Shown here: positions 37,826-46,188 of the stretch, one piece after another
How positions within the stretch are numbered: the stretch's first letter is position 1
How the letters are laid out: every line of letters begins with the position of its first letter
IMG/VR virus record: IMGVR_UViG_3300040781_000091
Location: 10,179-74,178 of that record
Source of the DNA: a virus
Reading direction: 5' to 3' (one strand)
Length of the DNA stretch: 64,000 bases
Notes under the pieces: generated by a model
What the model was told of the DNA's origin: nothing
What the model saw: the letters and a program-made list of their open reading frames with translations, nothing else
The model's database searches: none
Made by a program: the position numbers and the translations under genes

Positions 37826-38320
37826 TTATATCTGAGACACCATGACAAATTCCATGTTCTGTGGGTTGCCAGACGGACTACCGGGTACGGTTGTAATTCT
37901 CACTCCACTGTCTATAATTACACCATCAATTTCCTTTACTAGTAACCCAACTGGATCTCTAGTCTTAAAATCTTCCCACGTATCAGGTCGCTCACATGCA
38001 AACTTCCACACAAAGCCCTCGCCCACTAATGTTGGCGCACCTTCTGCTTCGAGGCTAGGCACTGCTACGGGATTGTTCATGATTGTAGGAACGGCTCTTA
38101 GGCCGATTGATTGGAAAAATATTTCAAAATTCTTCTGGCTCTGATCTTGTATTTCTTCTGTAACCTGAATATTTACTTGACGTATTTGCTCTTCTGGCTC
38201 AGGCGGATTTGGGTTAGGGTCAGTGTATGCGCCAGGGGACAGGGCGTATGCAATATAAAATTGCAAATCGCCTGTGAGGTTTTGCATCGCAGACGATGTT
38301 CCGTTTATTTGTGCAGTCAT
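37826..38320 (-). CDS. Virion protein, MTx(Q/K)(V/I)NG family
   Basis: MTAQING start; GGAG RBS; GATAAATA at 38342-38349. Confidence 0.65.
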   Translation of the reverse strand: MTAQINGTSSAMQNLTGDLQFYIAYALSPGAYTDPNPNPPEPEEQIRQVNIQVTEEIQDQSQKNFEIFFQSIGLRAVPTIMNNPVAVPSLEAEGAPTLVGEGFVWKFACERPDTWEDFKTRDPVGLLVKEIDGVIIDSGVRITTVPGSPSGNPQNMEFVMVSQI

Positions 38321-38368
38321 TGGCCATCTCCTATTTTATACTATTTATCACGGAGACAGCCTCTACCT

Positions 38369-39331
38369 TTAATTTACTGTCTGCTCTCTAAACAGTTCCA
38401 TAATAACAGATAAGTTCCAGTTAGAGTTAGAATTATTTACACACTTAACCCTAACAAAATAACCCGGCGGAACTTCGGCAGTTTCGTCCGAGGACATTGT
38501 AAAATAGTTAGATGTCGAACCGAAACACGGTATCTTATTAATATACTTACTAACAGCATATTCTTGTTCACAAATGAGGTATTCGCCTGTGCCAGTAAAA
38601 TTCGGAACTAAGCCATCTGTCTCATTATAATCCCAATCGCCGTCTTTAGTGCGCAATCTCGGAATAAGTATAGGATTTGCAGCGAATCCGTGTGTACCTG
38701 TGCCGGGGCCGCTAGGAGAATATTTAACGAAGTTAACACCGAGACGTTCTTCTAAAACTAGATCAAGACTAGCAACCTGTTGTAACGGTGTCGGATTAGA
38801 CATAATGTATGCACTTACGTAATCGCCTATTCCGCCGTTTGCAAATTTCAAGTAAGCTTCGTGTATCCATACGCGACCAAATGCAGCATGGTTAAATATT
38901 ACATCTTTAATTTCAAACGGCTTGCCGATGGTCAACTGGAACTGTAACAAATCACCACCGCCTACGATATTAGGATCAGGAGAATCGCCCGAGCCGGACC
39001 AAACTGCATACACGTGACTACCCTCAACATCTGGTTTACTGCTGCTATGTACAGATACCTTACCACCGAGGTCGGGGTTCATCTGGGTAATTGTCACCAT
39101 CTTTATATCGTTGATAACATGATCCCATGCATCAATCGGATCTAAAATATCTATTAGTCCGTTATTGATGATAATATCACCCGAAGATACATCCTGGAAG
39201 AATTTCACATCTTTAGAAAATCCAGACACCTCAGATGGCGACAACGAATACGTCTCTGCATCTAGTATTGTTTGCCCAGCATATGTTTTGTTTATGCCGG
39301 ATATGTTTTTAATATTGATTACTTTTGCCAT
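38369..39331 (-). CDS. Fibre-cluster structural protein
   Basis: N-terminus IKNISG...ILDPID resembles the N-domains of 40129-43254 and 43263-46172. Confidence 0.6.
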   Translation of the reverse strand: MAKVINIKNISGINKTYAGQTILDAETYSLSPSEVSGFSKDVKFFQDVSSGDIIINNGLIDILDPIDAWDHVINDIKMVTITQMNPDLGGKVSVHSSSKPDVEGSHVYAVWSGSGDSPDPNIVGGGDLLQFQLTIGKPFEIKDVIFNHAAFGRVWIHEAYLKFANGGIGDYVSAYIMSNPTPLQQVASLDLVLEERLGVNFVKYSPSGPGTGTHGFAANPILIPRLRTKDGDWDYNETDGLVPNFTGTGEYLICEQEYAVSKYINKIPCFGSTSNYFTMSSDETAEVPPGYFVRVKCVNNSNSNWNLSVIMELFREQTVN

Positions 39332-39349
39332 GTGTTATCTACCTATTGT

Positions 39350-40129
39350 TTATGCGAAGTCATCCGTAAAGGAATCTGATTTATTATTTGTCGTACCCGA
39401 TATCACCATGAACGTTAGTTGAACTAGGGGGTGGTCCAGCTTGTCGCCGTCGATGTACACGGCAGCATAATCCCCTGCGCTGAATAATACATCGGCCGGG
39501 CCAAAGTTTTGCTCGACTGCTGAACGTGCATTAGATATGTTTAAAGTATATACCAATTCTTTATTTGCTTTAGGTTCGTAACTATATTCTGTTTTCCAGA
39601 GTTCCACCGATGTACTTATATCATCGGATGCATTTATGAAGGTTATAGAAATAAGCCTACTATCCCAAGGAATAACAAAGGGCACTCTATTCGACGACTG
39701 GCCGGTATCTGCTGTTTGCTGGGACAACCACATCCTCGATGCCTTATTTGAATTAGCTGCAAACCCCACATCAAACGTTTTTCCTACTAAGCTAACTATC
39801 CCTGTGGCAATATTACTAATCTCGGAATCTACGTACTCTGCAATTTTACTCGAAGACCATATACCGTCTGGTGCAGTGGTATTGTCGTCTATTACTGCAT
39901 CTTCTAACAAACTTACGGTCGGTATAGGCGGACAGGTCCAGCTTGCCAACATAGAATCTAATTCTGATTCTTCTGTCGGTGAAAGATTACTGTCGAATTC
40001 GAATATTACATCTGGGCCCTCGGCATTAATCAGCTGGATTAAATTAGAAGAAATTCCAGCATTTTCTGTTATAGCCGTAAACAAATCGCCTAAGCATTCG
40101 GTTGTAAATGTTCTTGTATAGTATGCCAT
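39350..40129 (-). CDS. Fibre-cluster structural protein
   Basis: IDDN....WSSSKI fibre motif; C-terminal beta domain (PFVIPWDSRL..FSAGD). Confidence 0.6.
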   Translation of the reverse strand: MAYYTRTFTTECLGDLFTAITENAGISSNLIQLINAEGPDVIFEFDSNLSPTEESELDSMLASWTCPPIPTVSLLEDAVIDDNTTAPDGIWSSSKIAEYVDSEISNIATGIVSLVGKTFDVGFAANSNKASRMWLSQQTADTGQSSNRVPFVIPWDSRLISITFINASDDISTSVELWKTEYSYEPKANKELVYTLNISNARSAVEQNFGPADVLFSAGDYAAVYIDGDKLDHPLVQLTFMVISGTTNNKSDSFTDDFA

Positions 40130-43100
40130 TATGATGGATTATCCAGTTCTTGTATTGTTAGTCTGCATGCCTGTGGGAGAGTGGACATTGTGCCACCATT
40201 TATTAGTCCCTGCGAATAAAGTGTCTGACCCGAAGTCATATTGACAACAGCGGACGTGGCTACCGTGTTTCTACCGTCGCTCGTGTTTCTGTGGTAACCG
40301 TAAGCAAGCGTTCCAGGGACTTCTACTCCGCTCCTCATTATTCGTGTAGTAGATGTTGCTCTGTTATTCTGACCTTCGTAGCTATTTTCTACTGTTATTC
40401 TAAACCAACCGGTTTTATTAACAGTGACCACTCCTGCACTGTAAGAATATATAGTGTCGGCCCTGACAATAGTGTTAGGCTGGATAGTTACAAACGTTGT
40501 TCCAATTGTCTGCGTACTAGCTCCGTTGTGGGAATTAAACACTTGCTTAGCCGGAGCGCCGCCTGGAACATTAATTATTGCTGTTCCTGCTGAACCGGTT
40601 GCTGTGACACCTGCGCCCGTGAAATTCAAGGTAGTAAACGGACCGTTTGGTACAGTTACACCTTCGTCTCTTACTAAAATAGAAGACCCCACACCCGGAA
40701 TACCCTGATCACCTTTGTCGCCTTTGGTCCCTTGCAACTTTTTGACTGTCATGATGGTGCCAGCTAACATAAACTCAGCGTCGGTGATAGTATCTACCTG
40801 GAAGGTAAGGAAATCACCAGCAGTTAAGTTAGCAAGAACAGCAACAGTTCCCTGTGTCTGGATCTGGTTTACATCAGCCTTGTCGCCCACCTCTTTTAAG
40901 GAGCCAGGGATAACTGTAGTATCGTTTATTCGTATGCGGCCGTCGAATTCGTCGTCGGCTACGCCGTTATATGTAATCTCGTATAACCCGGTTTCCTTAA
41001 TAAGAACTCTGTCTGCATTAACCGGATCCCATTCTATTACGCTTGTATTATTTTGTAAATCGACAGTATCGAAGACAAAATCAGTCCAAGTAGTCGGCAG
41101 CGGATTAAGCTCAGTCGACCGTCTAATCTGCAATGCTGGTAGGGGACTAGCGGGCGCAGTAGTCGACGCAATTGTAATTGTGTTTCCAGCTCTAGTAGTT
41201 GTTATTCCGGCTCCAGCAGCAAGAGTTAATGTATCTGTCGGCGATGCTGCTGTTGCAGTGCCGCCGGTTGTTGCTGCTACGTTGAGGAATAAATTCTGTG
41301 GACCAGTTGCTCCATCGGCCACGTTTAGTATAGTACGAACCTGTGCTGCTGTTAGGTCAGTAGGAGCACCTGTTCCTGCACCAGATGCTCTACCTTTAAT
41401 CGTGGACTGTACCATGTCTGCAAGTTTTGCATTGGTAATTGCAGCGTCGGTTACTTGTGCAGTTACTACCTGAGTTGCTACTATATTTGCACCCTGACGA
41501 CCCAACACAGTGTTTGTGCCTATAGTTAGATCTGTAGGAACGCCCGTTGTTGCTTGGTTTCTAACCTTGACTGTATTAGCAGCCATATTTGCGAGTTTTG
41601 CATTAGTCACAGCACCATTTGAAATTGTTGCAACCTGCGAACCGGTTCCTGGTCCTGCTGTCACGTCGCCAGTTAACTGATTTAATCCTGCCTGCGATGC
41701 TGTAATATAGCCTGCGTCATTGACGAATACAGATACATTATCACCTGCACTCGTGTAGTTTGCATCGTTGACCAATTCACTTACATTGTCACCCGGCTGT
41801 AATGCGGTGTCGGCCAATGCGCCTTGTGCGGTTGTTGCATAGAAGGCACTGTAATCACTACCCTGCGCTACGACTGCTCCAGTTCTACCGAACACCGAAT
41901 CAACTGGCGCGGGCGGCGCAGTCGATGCAATAGTAATCGTGTCGCCTGCTCGCGTCGTGCTTATTCCTGTTCCGCCTGCGAGTGTTAATGTATCAGTTAA
42001 TGAATTTGCTGTCGCAGTACCGCCAATATCTGCTGTTATGTTTAGCCATAGATTTTGTGCTGCTGCTGCGCCGTCTGCCACATTAAGTAACGTGCGGACC
42101 TGTGCTGCTGTCAAGTCAGTGGGAGAGCCAGTTCCGGCTGTTACTCTACCTTTAATTGTTCCTGTTGTTACATTTGCTAATTTATTATTTGTAACGACAC
42201 CATTAGCAATCGTAGCTACCTGCGAGCCGTCACCTGGCCCGGCTGTTACATCACCGGTTAGTTGATTTATTCCGCTGACACCCAACACATTAAACAGTAA
42301 CACCACGCTGCAAACCTGATTATTTCCGGGCACAGGACCGGCAGCCGAATCAACACTAACATTAATTGTATGCCATCCGGTGTTGTCTATTACTGATACT
42401 ACTGTAAATAGAATAGCAGATGCAGCATTGCTGGTTTCTTGAATATATAACTTGTCGCCGACACCCAACGAACTGAGGAGCGTCGAGGCGTCGACGCCCG
42501 AGTCTGATGTATTGTTTATATAAATTGCCGAAACCGAAGCGGCTGATGCATTATTATATTTAAATGTTTTGTTTCCGGGGTCGGACGCAGTAGTTGACGT
42601 GCTAAATCTCCACTGAAGCTGAAAGGAACCTGCGCCGCCAATAGTCGACGATTCCACATTTACCCAGTTTGTTCCGTTATACTGAAGAACTTGACCTGCA
42701 GTGGCAGGAGCAGAAGTAACGTCACTTAGATCGTTGATACTTTCTGACTCGATGTTTGTTAAGTAACCAACATCATTAATTAAGTCGCTTATATTGTCAC
42801 CCGGCTGGACGGCAGTATCTGCCATATCACCCTGAGTAATAGAAGCGTAAGTACTATCAAGATTGATTGCCCCAGACGACCCATCTACTGTAGTTACAAC
42901 CGGAGACGGTACCATAGTAGCCGAACTCCATACAAGTGCTTGGCCATCTATAATTCCCGTTAAGTCTACGTCGTTTAGTTGAGTGAGGGCTCCGCCGAAT
43001 ATTCTATAATTCGGCGCATTAGCATTAGCAATAACCTGAAGACCATCCGAAATACTAAGCGGTGTAGAATCGTCAAGGGGGTCTAATACTACAATAGAAC

Positions 43101-43254
43101 TTGCCGATACTAGTGCCGGCAAGTCCTCACTTATTGCAATATCCTGACCTGCTTCTTGATTCAGATTTGCTTCGTCGCCCGGGTTGATTAACTCGATTCC
43201 GAGATCGTCAACTGTTACGGGTCCCGCGGATATATTCCTAATTATAAAACCCAT
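40129..43254 (-). CDS. Long fibre protein with internal repeats and two C1q/TNF-like C-terminal domains
   Basis: L.DL.DV, QLTGDVTAGPG.GSQVATI, PTDLTAAQVRT and LQPGDNVS repeats; short collagen GTKGDKGDQG; TG.Y.I beta-sandwich tips. Confidence 0.8.
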   Translation of the reverse strand: MGFIIRNISAGPVTVDDLGIELINPGDEANLNQEAGQDIAISEDLPALVSASSIVVLDPLDDSTPLSISDGLQVIANANAPNYRIFGGALTQLNDVDLTGIIDGQALVWSSATMVPSPVVTTVDGSSGAINLDSTYASITQGDMADTAVQPGDNISDLINDVGYLTNIESESINDLSDVTSAPATAGQVLQYNGTNWVNVESSTIGGAGSFQLQWRFSTSTTASDPGNKTFKYNNASAASVSAIYINNTSDSGVDASTLLSSLGVGDKLYIQETSNAASAILFTVVSVIDNTGWHTINVSVDSAAGPVPGNNQVCSVVLLFNVLGVSGINQLTGDVTAGPGDGSQVATIANGVVTNNKLANVTTGTIKGRVTAGTGSPTDLTAAQVRTLLNVADGAAAAQNLWLNITADIGGTATANSLTDTLTLAGGTGISTTRAGDTITIASTAPPAPVDSVFGRTGAVVAQGSDYSAFYATTAQGALADTALQPGDNVSELVNDANYTSAGDNVSVFVNDAGYITASQAGLNQLTGDVTAGPGTGSQVATISNGAVTNAKLANMAANTVKVRNQATTGVPTDLTIGTNTVLGRQGANIVATQVVTAQVTDAAITNAKLADMVQSTIKGRASGAGTGAPTDLTAAQVRTILNVADGATGPQNLFLNVAATTGGTATAASPTDTLTLAAGAGITTTRAGNTITIASTTAPASPLPALQIRRSTELNPLPTTWTDFVFDTVDLQNNTSVIEWDPVNADRVLIKETGLYEITYNGVADDEFDGRIRINDTTVIPGSLKEVGDKADVNQIQTQGTVAVLANLTAGDFLTFQVDTITDAEFMLAGTIMTVKKLQGTKGDKGDQGIPGVGSSILVRDEGVTVPNGPFTTLNFTGAGVTATGSAGTAIINVPGGAPAKQVFNSHNGASTQTIGTTFVTIQPNTIVRADTIYSYSAGVVTVNKTGWFRITVENSYEGQNNRATSTTRIMRSGVEVPGTLAYGYHRNTSDGRNTVATSAVVNMTSGQTLYSQGLINGGTMSTLPQACRLTIQELDNPS

Positions 43255-43262
43255 TTAGATTT

Positions 43263-46172
43263 TTACGCCCCTCTCCATTTAACCCATAGTGTAACAACAA
43301 CATCTTCGATAAATCCACCAGTAGATGCGCCACGTAGTTGTAGTTTTTCGCCTGCGGCAACATCGATATTTAGTGTAGTGTCGCTATATGTGTTTTCGCC
43401 GTTTACGGCCGGGTTGAAGTCGACAATCCCTGCGGTAGTCGATACACCATCTATGTAGAGATCGATTGCCTTGGTGTTGTTGTTGTCGTCTGCTGTTTGT
43501 GCAGTAACCATAACAATTGTTGCGTCCAACGGCATAATATAACCGGACGTCGAATCAACCGCTGAGCCGATCTGTAACCATTCATTATTGCCGAGTCTAT
43601 TCTCAGACCATGTAAGATCGGTTGATTCAACTGACAACACTTTGTTCGAGCGGGTAGAATCGATTAACGTAAGAACATTCTGGCCGCCAATTGTAGTAAC
43701 TGCTAGGCCACCTGGTAGACTAATTAAGTTAGAAATACCATCTGCAAGTTCCTGACCAGTCATCTTCTCATTAGCAGAAGCCGAGGCATTGTAAACAATA
43801 ATTTCGTCAGTAGCTGCAAGATTTTCGCCTGCTGCTGCTGTGCCAGTGATATCTAATCCAATGGTTGGATTTCCAGCTTGGCCATCGCCATTAGTAATTG
43901 TTAGGCCGGCCTCGGCGCCTGCTCCACTCACTGCAATATCTACTGCTGTGATATTACCCGAACCGTCGGCTACTAATAGACCCGTTGCTGATCCAATACC
44001 TGTAGCAATATCAAAGTCTTCGATGACATCTGCAAAGGTATATTTTAGAGTTGCTGTGCCATCATACACTGCAATGGTATCAGTCGATACAAGTGTCTCG
44101 GCGCCTGCGGTCAAACCGTTAACATCAAGTGCAAAACTAACTGCTGCATTGGTTCCAGCTGTTGCAGTGATCGTAATACCTGTGCCGGTGAATGCTACAG
44201 TATCTGCAGGCGAATCCGCTGTAGCAGTACCAGTATCACCTGTAATCACACCAAACGCATTCGCTGCGCCAGCATTTGCAATTTCACTTACAGTGTAGTA
44301 TTCGTTTGCACCCGAAGTAACATTGTAAACTGCTAGTCTATCAGCAAGATCAACTGCATCACTGCGTACAGGAAGTCCATTGATATCTAAACCAATAGTT
44401 GGGTTGCCTGCTGTTCCGTCTGCATTAGCAATTGCCAAACCATCTAGTGCCCCAGCGCCATCGACTGCAATTTCTACTGTAGAATATGTGCCGCCATTGT
44501 TGATAACAATACCGTCTGTGGTAACCCCATTAGGAATGTCTAATGCAGTTAGTAAATCATCGATCGTAGTGCTGCGAGTTGTGTTTGTTGCACTTACGTC
44601 ATTAAATGCAATTTCGTCAGCACCTGTAATCGTAGCGGATGTTAGGTTGTCTATGTCTAAGCTGAATACCGAACCATTTAATGCTAAACCCGAACCAGCA
44701 GTATAGGAAGAACTCTCCGAGAACTGAACCCAAACAATCGGGTCGACGTTTAGGGTTAGTACACCATTACCCTGTAGCACCCAGCCAGATGTAGCAAGAG
44801 TGGTACCGTTCTCAACGAATGTATAGTTGCCGCCGGATACCTCTGCTGCTGGATCACCGTTTTGGTCTGGAGCACGCTCTAACGCGCCGCTGGCACCTGC
44901 TGTCGTAACAACATAGATACCGTTCTGTACATCACTCGATGTAAGGTCGAGTGTGGCTCCTGCTCCTGCTGTGCTATCTGTTGTTGTAGCAACTGGGTTA
45001 GCAGGAAGTACAGTGTAGTCGCCTGGATCAGTTAAAGAAATAGCTGTAATTACGCCGGAGCCGTCTACAGCATCTACATTAAATGTTGCTGCTGTTGTAA
45101 ACGTGCCGCCTGACACAGTAAGTGTGTCGCCTACTTCGTAATCTGCGCCGCCACTGTTAATTTCGCCGGCGGATACTGAACCAAACTGATTCTTAATAAG
45201 TATTCTGTCGCCAACTACAAATGCATCTATAGCCGGAACACCGTCGAAGATTACGTTTGATGTTAGGTCAACGCCCGTGAACCCGCCCGTTCCTGCTGTG
45301 CCGCCTGCTGGATTGTAAACTCCGCCGACACCAGTTACTGTGCCAGCTTTAACCGATTCCTTTGGATCTAGACCAGATGCAACACTATCGACATATTCTT
45401 TGTTGGCTGCATCTGTAGGATTAACGGGTTGGTCTGCAATTGTTAGTGTTGCGCCAGATGAAACTGCGATTGCCGCGCCGGATGCAATTGTTAATGTACC
45501 AGAGTCTAACGTATCGCCTGTGTTACGTAAAAATACATCGTCAACGTTGACTTGCATGGTGCCAGCGGCATCACTATAAACAAATGTTGTATCGGTACCA
45601 TCTGTAAATGCGGCGCCAATAATATCTTCTACTGCTTCGATGACGTCGGTGTCAGTTGAAAAATCAACTACTACTAAGTCAGTGCCATCGCCTTTGTATA
45701 TGTAAGGTACGCCATTGGTGTGAGCTGTGCCGTCAATTACATCACTCAAATCGTCGAGTGAAATATCAGAAGCTATTGTAGACGGATCTACCGGAACATA
45801 TTCGGTGCCTACTAATTGTAATACCTGACCAGCTGTTGGAGCAGTGGAAGACACATCGTCCAAATCGGACATCTTTGCACCCTGGATACCATAGTGCAGG
45901 TCGTTTGTAGACTGAATTGCTGTTAAGCTATCTGCTTGACTAAGGTTGCCAGTATAGCCTACACGAGGGTCTACTACCACAAGCTCCGGAACAGAAAACG
46001 GTGCAGTACCGTTAATCGCGGCTTCTAGGTCGCCTCCGACTGCCGAAAGATAGATATTATTTGCTTGTTCGTCTGTTAGATTATAAACGGTACCTAAAAG
46101 ACCAGTAATTGTAATACCAAGGTCGTTTAATTCTACCGCGTCGTTTGTTAATTTATATAACTGAATACTCAT
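43263..46172 (-). CDS. Long fibre protein
   Basis: DAANKEYVDSVASGLDPKESV, NGIYVV, W.QFS, repeated AGNPTIGLDI. Confidence 0.8.
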   Translation of the reverse strand: MSIQLYKLTNDAVELNDLGITITGLLGTVYNLTDEQANNIYLSAVGGDLEAAINGTAPFSVPELVVVDPRVGYTGNLSQADSLTAIQSTNDLHYGIQGAKMSDLDDVSSTAPTAGQVLQLVGTEYVPVDPSTIASDISLDDLSDVIDGTAHTNGVPYIYKGDGTDLVVVDFSTDTDVIEAVEDIIGAAFTDGTDTTFVYSDAAGTMQVNVDDVFLRNTGDTLDSGTLTIASGAAIAVSSGATLTIADQPVNPTDAANKEYVDSVASGLDPKESVKAGTVTGVGGVYNPAGGTAGTGGFTGVDLTSNVIFDGVPAIDAFVVGDRILIKNQFGSVSAGEINSGGADYEVGDTLTVSGGTFTTAATFNVDAVDGSGVITAISLTDPGDYTVLPANPVATTTDSTAGAGATLDLTSSDVQNGIYVVTTAGASGALERAPDQNGDPAAEVSGGNYTFVENGTTLATSGWVLQGNGVLTLNVDPIVWVQFSESSSYTAGSGLALNGSVFSLDIDNLTSATITGADEIAFNDVSATNTTRSTTIDDLLTALDIPNGVTTDGIVINNGGTYSTVEIAVDGAGALDGLAIANADGTAGNPTIGLDINGLPVRSDAVDLADRLAVYNVTSGANEYYTVSEIANAGAANAFGVITGDTGTATADSPADTVAFTGTGITITATAGTNAAVSFALDVNGLTAGAETLVSTDTIAVYDGTATLKYTFADVIEDFDIATGIGSATGLLVADGSGNITAVDIAVSGAGAEAGLTITNGDGQAGNPTIGLDITGTAAAGENLAATDEIIVYNASASANEKMTGQELADGISNLISLPGGLAVTTIGGQNVLTLIDSTRSNKVLSVESTDLTWSENRLGNNEWLQIGSAVDSTSGYIMPLDATIVMVTAQTADDNNNTKAIDLYIDGVSTTAGIVDFNPAVNGENTYSDTTLNIDVAAGEKLQLRGASTGGFIEDVVVTLWVKWRGA

Positions 46173-46188
46173 TTTTTAATCTCCTAAT

